Shown here in pieces: positions 10,888-20,491 of a DNA stretch of 64,000 nt. Position 1 is the first letter of the stretch. Each line of letters opens with the position of its first letter. Position numbers and translations under genes: made by a program. Below the pieces are notes generated by a model that was not told the origin of the DNA, made no database searches, and saw nothing but the letters and a program-made list of their open reading frames with translations. The DNA is from Candidatus Hydrothermus pacificus. GTDB lineage: Bacteria > Hydrothermota > Hydrothermia > Hydrothermales > Hydrothermaceae. The stretch spans positions 18,036-82,035 of the forward strand of contig MTOH01000006.1 in NCBI GenBank assembly GCA_002011615.1, written 5' to 3'.

Positions 10888-12717
10888 TTACTTTATATAA
10901 ACTACCTTAAATTCTCCTGAATCTGTTTTTATAAAATAAATTCCTTTTTTATTCTTGCCAATGTCGACAAAAGCCTTTTCACCCTTCCATTTTATTTTCT
11001 CGGGTAAAATTTCTCTGCCAGCAGGGTCAAATATTCCTATTTTTCTGGATTTTACATCCGGAAGATAAAGAATAAATTTTCCATCAATACCACTGTAAAT
11101 TCTGGGTCTGTTTCGAGTTAAATTCTTTGTCTTTTCTTTCACAGAGGTCTGCAGATTCACTATCATTCTTGCACACCCATCATTGAAGGGGTCTCTATAA
11201 GGAGCCCATGCACCTGTATATTCATAAGTGTTATTAGAATAAGGGGGTGCCTGATCCATTGCAAAATCTGGGCCTTCTGTATTTCCCTGAATATAACCTA
11301 CCCAGAGTGCTCCATCAGTATAAAGATAATTATTCGTATTGAGAGTATACCACTGGGGAGTGCTGTTGCTTATATAATAGGTTGTTTGATAAAGAACAGT
11401 TCCCGGAAGCCCACCCGGACCATCATCATCATAGAGATAAATATCCGCATTACCCGGTTGAGAACCTGAACCCACTGCCAGCATAACCCGAACTTCAACC
11501 ACCTCACAGGTATCAGGTGGAACAAATTTAACTCCCCATCCACCACCTGCACCGAACCAGTGAGTAAGCCCAACAGTTGTGGTATCGTTCAGGAAGTCAA
11601 GCACAACATTGTTACCCCTGGTCACAACAGGAACATCTGCATGAAGGGTATCATTCAGGGGAACCTGGTCTCCTGTTGCTTTTACCCATTCAATTATCTC
11701 ATATTTACCTGCAGCAGACGCTGCCCACTGATTGAAATAGACTGTATCAAGTTCGCCCGGGTTTATTGTTCCCATTGATACGGTATCGTTGTAAATTATC
11801 TGACCGGTTGCAACATTTCTTATTCTACAATAGGTATCATAAGAGTTTACCACAAGATTACCTGAATTCTTAATCACTGCATAAGGAATGTAGCCTTCAT
11901 TAATTATCAGGAAAAACCCCTGATTATTCGGGCTTATTTCATACAAAGTTAAATCAGTGACCTGATAATTTGTTGTTTCAGGAGGAACAAATTTTATCGC
12001 CAGAGAATCATGAAACATATTTGAAGAGAGTGTATCATCTTTAACATACTGCAGTCCTATCTGACCCGTGATATTTTCAATTCCTATACCAAAGGCAGGA
12101 GGTGCCTGAGGGTGACCATAGTTAAACTTACCTCTTTGAGGTCCGTACTGAAATGTGATTGTTGAATCATTCTTATCAAGAATCAGCTGAAAGGTATGAG
12201 CACCTGCAGTATCGGTTCCATAATGCCATTCAGGAACATTTATAAAGGAGACTATAAGTGTATCCTGACCATTGGACCAGTAATAAGCTTCTCCTGCACC
12301 CAGGCCAAAGTTAAGGTCACCGCCAAGAGGAACAAGCAGGTCATTTGGCAGAGCAGGATTGGGTATAAGACTTCCTCCCTGATGGGGTGACCACATCTGA
12401 TTTGACGAAAAAGAAATTAATCCATTTGAGCATACCCAGAACCTGTCAACCTTATACCAATAATAGGGAAATTCAAATCCTATTGGAAAAGGTCCCACAA
12501 CATTGTCATCACTGAGTCCCTGAATCTGGGTTCCATAACCCGTTATATCTATCCAGTTGTACTGTGGAATTCCTGGAATACCTGTTGTATCATTATCTAT
12601 CCATGTGTATCCATATTGATCAGGGCCTCCCACACTTCCTCTTACTTCTGGATTGTTCACATTTTGTCCATTAACCACAACTCCCATAGAAAGGAGCATA
12701 TTTATTATAATACTCAT
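10888..12717 (-). CDS. Secreted beta-rich protein with T9SS-type C-terminal sorting-like domain
   Basis: GGPDQYGYTWID module, Gly/Asp/Thr/Tyr-rich body with a CARDB-like segment, Lys-rich tail ...IFDPAGREI...KGIYFIK...KVVYIK. Confidence 0.7.
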   Translation of the reverse strand: MSIIINMLLSMGVVVNGQNVNNPEVRGSVGGPDQYGYTWIDNDTTGIPGIPQYNWIDITGYGTQIQGLSDDNVVGPFPIGFEFPYYWYKVDRFWVCSNGLISFSSNQMWSPHQGGSLIPNPALPNDLLVPLGGDLNFGLGAGEAYYWSNGQDTLIVSFINVPEWHYGTDTAGAHTFQLILDKNDSTITFQYGPQRGKFNYGHPQAPPAFGIGIENITGQIGLQYVKDDTLSSNMFHDSLAIKFVPPETTNYQVTDLTLYEISPNNQGFFLIINEGYIPYAVIKNSGNLVVNSYDTYCRIRNVATGQIIYNDTVSMGTINPGELDTVYFNQWAASAAGKYEIIEWVKATGDQVPLNDTLHADVPVVTRGNNVVLDFLNDTTTVGLTHWFGAGGGWGVKFVPPDTCEVVEVRVMLAVGSGSQPGNADIYLYDDDGPGGLPGTVLYQTTYYISNSTPQWYTLNTNNYLYTDGALWVGYIQGNTEGPDFAMDQAPPYSNNTYEYTGAWAPYRDPFNDGCARMIVNLQTSVKEKTKNLTRNRPRIYSGIDGKFILYLPDVKSRKIGIFDPAGREILPEKIKWKGEKAFVDIGKNKKGIYFIKTDSGEFKVVYIK

Positions 12718-12806
12718 AAAAACCCCCTTTTTAAATTTTAAAAATAAATTATAAAGTAAATGATTTGAATTTGTAAAGAGAAAGGATTTTGAAATATAAT
12801 ATTAAA

Positions 12807-13436
12807 ATGAAATTAATTTTAGCGATTATAACCGGTTATTTAATAGGTTCTATACCTTTTTCTTTTTTAATTGCGAAATTCTTCGGTAAAAAGGATATAA
12901 GGAAAGTCGGGACAAAAAATGTTGGTGGTGCAAATGTGGGGAGAGAGGTGGGATTTATTTTCGGTGTAATTGCAACCCTGCTGGATATGTCAAAAGGTGC
13001 GTTATCTGCTTTTTTAATTCAAAAAGCAGGGCTTGTATCCCCTTATGACCTTGTATCTGCATTCTTTGCAATAATAGGTCACTGTTATTCTTTATTTTTG
13101 AATTTTGAAGGGGGCAGGGGTATGGCAACTTCAATAGGAGCAATGGCTTTTTTTTCATTTAAAGAAACCGCTTTATCCTTTATAATATTTTCTCCTCTTT
13201 TCTTTTTCAAAGAAGTAGCTCTTGCAACCCTTTTATCCTTTGCGGGTCTGCCAGTTTTAATCTATCTTATCAGAAAGGACACTGCTCTTTTAGTTTTTTC
13301 CTCAGCTATTCTCTTATTTCTGATATTAAGAAGGCTTTATTTTTTAAAACAGGACATAAAGGAAAAAAGACCCTTTTTAAAAACTCTTTTAAACAGGTTT
13401 TTATTTGACGCGCCTGAGAAAATAAAGTTAAAATGA
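12807..13436 (+). CDS. plsY: Glycerol-3-phosphate acyltransferase PlsY
   Basis: GYLIGSIP, DIRKVGTKNVGGANV, LDMSKG, GHCYS...FEGGRGMATS. ATG 12807 preferred over TTG 12789 because TATAAT lies 6 nt upstream of it. Confidence 0.93.
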   Translation: MKLILAIITGYLIGSIPFSFLIAKFFGKKDIRKVGTKNVGGANVGREVGFIFGVIATLLDMSKGALSAFLIQKAGLVSPYDLVSAFFAIIGHCYSLFLNFEGGRGMATSIGAMAFFSFKETALSFIIFSPLFFFKEVALATLLSFAGLPVLIYLIRKDTALLVFSSAILLFLILRRLYFLKQDIKEKRPFLKTLLNRFLFDAPEKIKLK

Positions 13437-13906
13437 AAAGAACTCTTCTTGAAATTCTCATAATTTCTACTATATCAATAATAACAGGGTTTTCCTATAT
13501 TTTTTTAAAAAAAATAGAGATTTTCCCTGAAAGCACAGAAATCTATCTTTTTTCAAAGAAATATCCCGAGATTAAACTTTTAAATACAGATGAAGTTTTA
13601 AAAATCTATAAGAAACAAAATGTTGTGATAATTGATGCAAGAGACAGAATTTCCTATTCTCAGGGGCATATAAAAGATGCGATAAACATACCTTATGATG
13701 AATTTGAACTTTATCCAGAATTTTTCCTAAACCTGTTTAAAAAAGATAACCAATTAATTATCTACTGTGAAGGAGGATATTGCGAACAGAGTTTTATAGT
13801 TGCTGAAGGGCTTTTAAAAAAGGGGTTTAAAAATATTTATGTTTATATAGATGGTTATCCTGAATGGGAAAAAAAAGGACTACCCCATGAAAAAGTTCCT
13901 TTTTAA
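13433..13906 (+). CDS. Membrane-anchored rhodanese-domain protein
   Basis: IIDAR...YSQGHIKDAINIP, IIYCEGGYC, DGYPEW. Confidence 0.88.
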   Translation: MKRTLLEILIISTISIITGFSYIFLKKIEIFPESTEIYLFSKKYPEIKLLNTDEVLKIYKKQNVVIIDARDRISYSQGHIKDAINIPYDEFELYPEFFLNLFKKDNQLIIYCEGGYCEQSFIVAEGLLKKGFKNIYVYIDGYPEWEKKGLPHEKVPF

Positions 13907-14321
13907 CAAAATATGGATAAGAGTTTTACAGATTTTCCTGGGAATTTTATTCATATATTCAGGTATTTTAAAAATTTTAAACCTCTTTGAATTTTCATTA
14001 ACCGTTGCAAAATACGGAATATTGCCTGAAAAATTAATAAACTTATTTTCAACTATGCTTCCCTTTTTTGAAGTGGTATCAGGATTTTTCCTTTTATCAG
14101 GATTTTTTATTCAGGGCGCATCTCTTATCATTTCTTTTTTGCTCTTTATTTTTATAGCTGCGGTAGTTTATGTAGTTTCAAAAGGTCTTTCCTTTGAATG
14201 CGGTTGTTTTGAAATACTGGGAAAAGAGCCAAAAACAGGGGTCCTGCTTATTTTAAGAAATATAATCCTGATGGTTTTAAGTCTGAATGTTTTTGTGTCT
14301 AAACTAAAAAAACAGACCTGA
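13887..14321 (+). CDS. MauE/DoxX family membrane protein
   Basis: LGILFIYSGILKI, LPFFEVVSG, ECGCF, ILRN. Confidence 0.85.
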   Translation: MKKFLFNKIWIRVLQIFLGILFIYSGILKILNLFEFSLTVAKYGILPEKLINLFSTMLPFFEVVSGFFLLSGFFIQGASLIISFLLFIFIAAVVYVVSKGLSFECGCFEILGKEPKTGVLLILRNIILMVLSLNVFVSKLKKQT

Positions 14322-14433
14322 TAAAGGATGAAGTGAAAGATGGAAGGGATTAAAAATTCGATTTGTGGAATCACCTCACTTCTTTATGAACACAACAAAT
14401 GCGAATAACGCAAACTTCGAAATATTCAGAAAA

Positions 14434-15879
14434 TCATTTTATGGAAATTATTTTATGAGTATCTTTGAAATTCTCGGATTCTAATTTTAAAAAACAGATT
14501 CCTGAAGAAAGATTTAATTTTCTTAAACTTATAATCTTATTTCTAACAAAAATTTCTTTTATTTTACTTCCTGATTTGTTGTAGATATAAAGGTAAATGG
14601 GTGAATGGGTTGATGGGTTAATGGGTAAGATGAGTTTGTCTTTTGTTATTGTAGGTATTTTTAGTTTTGACTTTTGACTTTTAACTTTTGACTTTTCCTC
14701 TATATTCTGTGCCCACTCATATATCCTTGTATTGTCATTACCCGAAATTATTATATCATTTATCCCATTGTTATCCACATCATAAATCGCTATTGATGAA
14801 CCCGAACTATTCCCCGGCAATGTATCCCATATATAAAAATTGTTATTCACTGCATCATCAGCCTTTATTATAAAAACATAATCTTGTGCCTCAAGCACTA
14901 TCTCGGGAATACCGTCTGCATCTACATCACCCGACGCTGAATAACCACCATAATATGTGGAAATTGTATTTATTATTAAAGTGTCAACTATCTGGTACTG
15001 GTTGTCACCTGTAGCCTCAAATATATAAACATCAAACTCATAACTCCCTATAAATCCTTTAACAACAAACTCGATTTTTCCGTCCTGGTCTGCATCATTT
15101 ACTGAAAAACAGTCTTTTATGTTTTTTGTCATCACATAATCCTGAAGAATTTTTTCATACTGATTATTACCCTGTGCTTCATAAACCCAGTAAGTTGCAC
15201 CCAGAGAACCCGCACTCATACCCCCCATAACAAATTCTATCTTTCCATCAAGGTCAAAATCACCGAAAGCATGGGTGGAGGAGGGAGCATCATTACCGGT
15301 AGTATCAGGGTCATCAGCAAAAATTAATTCATACTGATTGTTTCCTGTAGATTCATAAATTCCCAGATAACCATAGGGTGTAGTTCTATCCTTCACAATC
15401 TCAGGAATTCCATCCTGATCCATGTCATAAACACTTATAGGCAAAACCAGTGCAGGTCCCACCGTATCCCTCCATACCTCATTTTTGGGATAGGAAAAGG
15501 AATCAGGGGATTCCCATATTAATATTCCATTAGAAGGCGGAGAACCTACACCAAAGAAAAATATAAAATCATATAATCCATCAACATCTGTATCATTTAT
15601 CTTAAAAGGGACTAAAGAAAGAGTGTCTCCCAAGGATACAGAATCAGAAACCACGAATTCCATAGAACCCGGGGATATTTGCTCATAAAACCATATAATA
15701 GAAGCAGAATTGTTTTCCAATGTTCTAAATATGATCTCTGTAAGTGAATCCCTATCAGTATCGATCACATTTACCATATAAGGGTACCCCTGTCCTCTTG
15801 GGATATACCCTTTCTCCACAAAATGACTTGCATTAAGAAGATTTATAAGAATAAATACAGGAAATAATTTTCTCATCAT
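14434..15879 (-). CDS. Secreted FG-GAP/VCBS-like repeat protein with T9SS-like C-terminal domain
   Basis: About 7 DxDxDGxxE/D repeats (DMDQDGIPE, DFDLDGKIE, DADQDGKIE, DVDADGIPE); signal peptide from ATG 15879/15876; tail IYNKSGSKIK...SGICFLKL...KIISIK. Confidence 0.8.
   Translation of the reverse strand: MMRKLFPVFILINLLNASHFVEKGYIPRGQGYPYMVNVIDTDRDSLTEIIFRTLENNSASIIWFYEQISPGSMEFVVSDSVSLGDTLSLVPFKINDTDVDGLYDFIFFFGVGSPPSNGILIWESPDSFSYPKNEVWRDTVGPALVLPISVYDMDQDGIPEIVKDRTTPYGYLGIYESTGNNQYELIFADDPDTTGNDAPSSTHAFGDFDLDGKIEFVMGGMSAGSLGATYWVYEAQGNNQYEKILQDYVMTKNIKDCFSVNDADQDGKIEFVVKGFIGSYEFDVYIFEATGDNQYQIVDTLIINTISTYYGGYSASGDVDADGIPEIVLEAQDYVFIIKADDAVNNNFYIWDTLPGNSSGSSIAIYDVDNNGINDIIISGNDNTRIYEWAQNIEEKSKVKSQKSKLKIPTITKDKLILPINPSTHSPIYLYIYNKSGSKIKEIFVRNKIISLRKLNLSSGICFLKLESENFKDTHKIISIK
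14595..14626. repeat. Tandem 8-mer repeat x4 (NNATGGGT) inside a CDS
   Basis: aaatgggt gaatgggt tgatgggt taatgggt. Confidence 0.85.
14662..14696. repeat. Tandem 7-mer repeat x5 (GACTTTT) inside a CDS
   Basis: tagtttt gactttt gactttt aactttt gactttt. Confidence 0.9.
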
Positions 15880-15882
15880 AAA

Positions 15883-15913
15883 ATTAAAAGGGAGGGGCAA
15901 AAACGCCCCTCCC
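15883..15913 (-). terminator. Rho-independent terminator
   Basis: Minus strand GGGAGGGGC-gttttt-GCCCCTCCC-TTTT, a perfect 9 bp stem just after the stop at 15922. Confidence 0.8.
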
Positions 15914-15921
15914 CTTATTTT

Positions 15922-18900
15922 TTAATCTATCTTCACAAACCTGTGGTAAAGGGTTTTTCCTGTTTCAGGATTTTCTACTCTGAGGATATAGGTTCCTGAG
16001 CGGAGTTTTAAATCATTGAGATGAATCCTCTTTGTGAATTCTTTTTCAAAGACTATCCTTCCTGAAATGTCGTGCACATAAACCTTTACCCTGTTTTTAA
16101 AAGGAATTGCAAAATCAAGATTTATTTTTCCTTTGAAAACAGAGGGAATTGCAAGATTGAAAAATGCCTTTTCCTTAAGGGATTGAACTCCTCCTTTTCC
16201 TGAAAATACAGGTCTTTCTTCAAACCTGAATATTCCCACAGGTCCTGCAATTGCATAGGTGCCTTCTACTTTTTCAAATTTTACTTCTATTTTCTCATCA
16301 CTATATAACTGAGGCGGGATTTCAAAAAGGACTATTTCGGGATTGTTTGCAATAAGTTCTATTTCTTTCATAATCTGTCCGTCAATCATTATTTTTTCCG
16401 TAAGGTTTTCCTGTGCATATAAAACCGTGGCAAAATAGTATGTATATCCTGTATCAGGCTCAAACTCATAACTCACATAATTATAACCCGCATCAACAGG
16501 AAATTGCAAATTAAAGAATGTATCCCTGTGGGTTAAATGAGGGGTTACTTCGGGATTTCCGGGTATTGTTGTGAAATAGGCAATTGTATTCAAGAAGAGA
16601 TTTTCAAGGGAAAGGGAATTTACGCCTCTTGAATAAACATCTATCTTTCTGAATTTTATTTCATAGGGTGCTGTATTTCCCTCCTGCCATACAGTATAAA
16701 GGGAATTATATGAGGGAGTGAATCGCACAACACTCTGAGGGAAAATTGATTTTGCAGAAGGAGTCTGGCTTATATTGTTCATAGGAGTCCCGGGATAGGT
16801 TTTCCAGTAAACATCGTATTCACCGGGTGTGTTATCCGCAAATACAGTATAAAGTCCGCCTGCATTCACAGGATAAACAGAAAGAGCAGAGGGTGTTTCT
16901 GAGAGGTTTGTCCAGTAAAAATTTGTCCAATCTTTATGTCTTCCTGCTCTGTAAACCTCTCCGTCTACATTATTCTGCCAGACAACGAATATTGAATCAC
17001 CGTATGTTTCAACAAAGGGATGCGAGGAGTTGTGCCCTTCTGGGTCAAACTGGTCACCCCACACATTCCAGTTCTGTCCGGGCTGTCTTGTTCCGTAATA
17101 TATTGTATCACCGTGCTACCAGACCGCATGGAGTAAAGGACCCGTACCGCTTGCTATGCACGGGAAATCAAGATTTATCATGTTCGAGCCACTACTTGAT
17201 TCCAAAATGAATTGTCTTATTAGTTCCGGAGACTCTGTTCTGAATGCAATTTCTTTTATATAGTTTGAGTTAGAACTATTAAGTTTGAAAAGTATATGAA
17301 CAGAATCAATTCGAGTTTCAGCAGGTTGCTCTACAGTAATTGAAGCATGAGATGGCATGAGCGGATTAGGTATTCCTGGGAAAAGATAATAGTTCCTTGT
17401 CCAAGTGGAAGATGTTTTTCTCGCATAAAAAAGTGTATCTGCACCTGTCCATGCAACACAGGGATTATTTCTTGAATCAAGTGCAATTGCAGGAAATTCT
17501 CCTTTTCCGATAAGTTCAGGACCGTTCCATGTACTCCCTCCGTCAGGAGAGAAATAGTATTCTATTATGTTTCCCAAGGAAGGCGTCCAGTCCTGAAGAA
17601 CAAGATGTAATTTTTCGGAATTCGGTTCCCTTGCAAGATGCCTGTTGCCGTTGTATGCAAGGGGATTCGGTGACTCTGAAGTCATGGAACCCCTGAGGCT
17701 GATGACAGTAAAATCCCTCACAGTATTTTCACCCCAGCTATATCCGGCAGCATAAATATTGCCTTCACCGTAGACAATAGAATATCCTCCGTCATCACCT
17801 GAACCAGGACCATTATATCGATAAACCCATCTTTCTTCCCCTTCTTTCGTAAGACTTATTATGATGAAATCACGATAAGTATTTTCACCTGTACTGAAGC
17901 CGGTAATATAGAGGTTGCCATCTTCGCCTTCGGTAATAGACCAACTATCATCTCTTTCACCTATAGGACCATCATAAGTATAGACCCATCTAACATCACC
18001 GTTTGTTGTAAGTAAAATTACCCTTATATTCCGTTCATAATTTGAAGCGGTATAAAATCCCGTAACATAAATATTCCCGTCAGAGCCGTAAATTACAGAT
18101 CTTGCCCAATCACTCATATTTACTGGACCGTTATATTTATATATCCATCTTGGAATACCTGTGTTTGTAAAACTTATAACTGTAAAGTCACTTCCAGTAC
18201 CATCTCCAGTTGAGTACCCAGCTACATATATGTTGTCATCTTCTCCATATACCATAGAAAGGCCGAGGTCTCCCCAATTTCCACCCCCGTCATAGAGATA
18301 CACCCATCTCAATGACCCGGAAGATGTAAGAGAAATTACCGTGAAATCATCTCCAGTTGGAGTTCCTTGATAACTGCTACCACAGGCATAAATATTTCCA
18401 TCATTTCCATATATAACACAAATAGCGCCATCATCTCCATTTGCACCATTATATCGATAAATCCATCTTTCTGTTCCTCCAGAAGTAATACTTATAACAA
18501 TAAAATCATCATCTGATGAAAATCCTCCATAACTATATCCAGCAGCGTAAATGTTACCATCATCTCCATAAGTTATCCATCTTGCCTCATCAGCCAAATC
18601 TCCCGGTCCATTATACCTATAAATCCATCTTTCACTCCCATCAGGAGTTAAACTTATGACTCCAAAATCCCCTTGTAAGTTTCCTGCCGTATAAATATAG
18701 TCATCTAATCCGTATACCAAGGAGTATCCCTCACTTCCTAAATATGGGCTAGGAGGATAAATATATTTCCACCTCTCCGTTCCATCACTGGAAAGGCTCA
18801 CCACCATAAGTTTAGCTGGCTCATCTGTCTGCGGAGATATGTCTCCGGTAGCATATATATTCCCATCAAGACCATAGGTCACTGAATTAGCGTAATCCGG

Positions 18901-19014
18901 AGCCTGTGCTCCTCCATCATACCTATACACCCACCTTTCCACCTGTGCAAAAAGGGCACAGGGGATAAAAATTCCTATCAAAAAAGAATATAAAATTATT
19001 TTTTTCATCCTCAC
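15922..19014 (-). pseudogene. Large secreted beta-propeller protein with T9SS-like C-terminal domain, interrupted by one in-frame TAG at 17116-17118
   Basis: ORFs 17116..19014 and 15922..17064 are in the same frame; the junction reads LHAVW*HGDTIYYGTRQPGQNWNVWGDQ. Signal peptide, eight roughly 53 aa repeats (ERWxYRYNG...YGxDGNIYxAG...DFxVISLT), tail HDISGRIV...SGTYILRV. Confidence 0.8.
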
Positions 19015-19086
19015 CCCCTGTTTCTAATTTCTTTTATAATTAAAAAATTGAAGAGGATCAGGTAAACTCGATTTTTTTCTTGGTTT

Positions 19087-19161
19087 TTAAAGGTGGAGGG
19101 ATTGTGGAAATGAAATTGCAGAAAATGAAAACGCACTTACCTCTCGAGAGAGTTCATACAT
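19087..19161 (-). CDS. Candidate 24 aa leader peptide (MYELSREVSAFSFSAISFPQSLHL)
   Basis: Purine-rich RBS AGGAGAGGAG just before ATG 19161, downstream of a near-consensus promoter. The ATG at 19157 gives a 6 aa alternative (MNSLER). Confidence 0.35.
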   Translation of the reverse strand: MYELSREVSAFSFSAISFPQSLHL

Positions 19162-19192
19162 GCTCCTCTCCTTTTTAAAAGTAAGTATTTTA

Positions 19193-19221
19193 ATAATACA
19201 GGAAATTTTTTGATTTGTCAA
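19193..19221 (-). promoter_or_regulatory. Sigma70-type promoter
   Basis: TTGACA-17 bp-TATTAT on the minus strand. Confidence 0.75.
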
Positions 19222-19486
19222 GAGATATTTAAATTACAAAAAATAAATATGTAAAAAATGAATAAAAATTTACACTTTTTAAAAATGCCAAGATTCTGAA
19301 TAATTATGAGAGGGTTGAAAAGCAAGGATTTCAGGGTTTGAGTCTTCCAAATCCGCATAAAATAAGACAACACACACTAAACGCGACAAATCCAATTAAC
19401 CTATCTCGCATTTCGCGTAAGTTTCACCCGCTCGCATATTTATAAACTCAACAAACACGATTAACGCAATAGATGCAAAAATGAAA

Positions 19487-20488
19487 TCAACAGATTCTGG
19501 GGAGAATTTCTCCGGAAGGAATATCAACTATTCTTCTTGCTCCTATCCGGGTTTCTATAAACACTTTACCATCTCCTTCTTTAACCTCCCCTATTATCTC
19601 TGCATCTTTACCTTCATCAAATTCTTTTATAATTTTAAGTGTCCTTTCAGCATGTTTTTCAGGAACAAAAATTAAAAATTTTCCTTCATTTGCAACGTAT
19701 AAAGGGTCTATTCCGAGTATTTCGCATGCTCCAATAACCTCCTCTGTCAGTGGTATTTTTTCCTCATAAATTAAAATTTCTGTTTTTGACTTTTCTGCAA
19801 TCTCATTTAAAGAGGTTGCAACTCCTCCCCTTGTTGGGTCCCTTAAACAGTGAATTTCTACTTTTTCATCAATTAATTTCTGGACAATAAAATTTAAAGG
19901 CTGTGTATCGGATTTAACACCTTCAATTTTTAAATTCTCTCTTTCTATCATAACCGCAATTCCGTGCATACCAACAGGTCCGTTTATTATTATCCTGTCA
20001 CCGGGTTTTACTGAATAAGGTGTTATATCAAGGGTGTGTTCTATTATCCCTATTCCGGATGTATTTATATAAATTCCATCACCTTTACCCCTTTCTACAA
20101 CCTTTGTATCTCCTGTTATAACAAGAATTCCTGCTTTTTTGCTTGCATTTTTGATTGATTCCATTATCCTTTCAAGTTTTTCAAGAGAAAAACCCTCCTC
20201 AACTATCAAAGAGAGTGAGATAAAAAGAGGCTTTGCGCCCGACATCGAAAGGTCATTCACGGTTCCGTAAACAGATAGTTCACCTATATCTCCTCCAGGA
20301 AAGAAAATTGGTGATACAACATAGGAATCGGTTGTAAAGGCAAATCTTTTTTCTTCAATTTCAAATACCGCAGAGTCATGTAAAACTTCAAGATACCTGT
20401 TTTTTAAAAAGGGAAAAAGGAATTTTTCTATTAAGTCTTTTGTTCCCTTACCACCGCTTCCCTCTGAAAGGGTTATAAATTCTTTCAT
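19487..20488 (-). CDS. hypE: Hydrogenase maturation protein HypE
   Basis: GSGG, FTTDSYVVSPIFFPGGDIG, GTVNDL, TGDTKVV, RDPTRGG, ANEG, C-terminal LPRIC. Confidence 0.96.
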   Translation of the reverse strand: MKEFITLSEGSGGKGTKDLIEKFLFPFLKNRYLEVLHDSAVFEIEEKRFAFTTDSYVVSPIFFPGGDIGELSVYGTVNDLSMSGAKPLFISLSLIVEEGFSLEKLERIMESIKNASKKAGILVITGDTKVVERGKGDGIYINTSGIGIIEHTLDITPYSVKPGDRIIINGPVGMHGIAVMIERENLKIEGVKSDTQPLNFIVQKLIDEKVEIHCLRDPTRGGVATSLNEIAEKSKTEILIYEEKIPLTEEVIGACEILGIDPLYVANEGKFLIFVPEKHAERTLKIIKEFDEGKDAEIIGEVKEGDGKVFIETRIGARRIVDIPSGEILPRIC

Positions 20489-20491
20489 GTT

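Noticed and set aside
14321-14387. Possible inverted repeat ataaag..aagtga / tcacttctttat as a MITE or terminator
   Set aside because: Needs a 4 nt bulge and a roughly 39 nt loop; no target duplication or second copy seen.
17690-18945. Repeats in the propeller gene as a DGR template/variable pair or a CRISPR-like array
   Set aside because: They are diverged protein-level repeats; no reverse transcriptase or near-identical repeat pair was seen.
19270-19480. CRISPR leader or array, or ncRNA, in the intergenic region
   Set aside because: No regularly spaced identical repeats, no cas genes and no convincing structure; only degenerate 9-mers.
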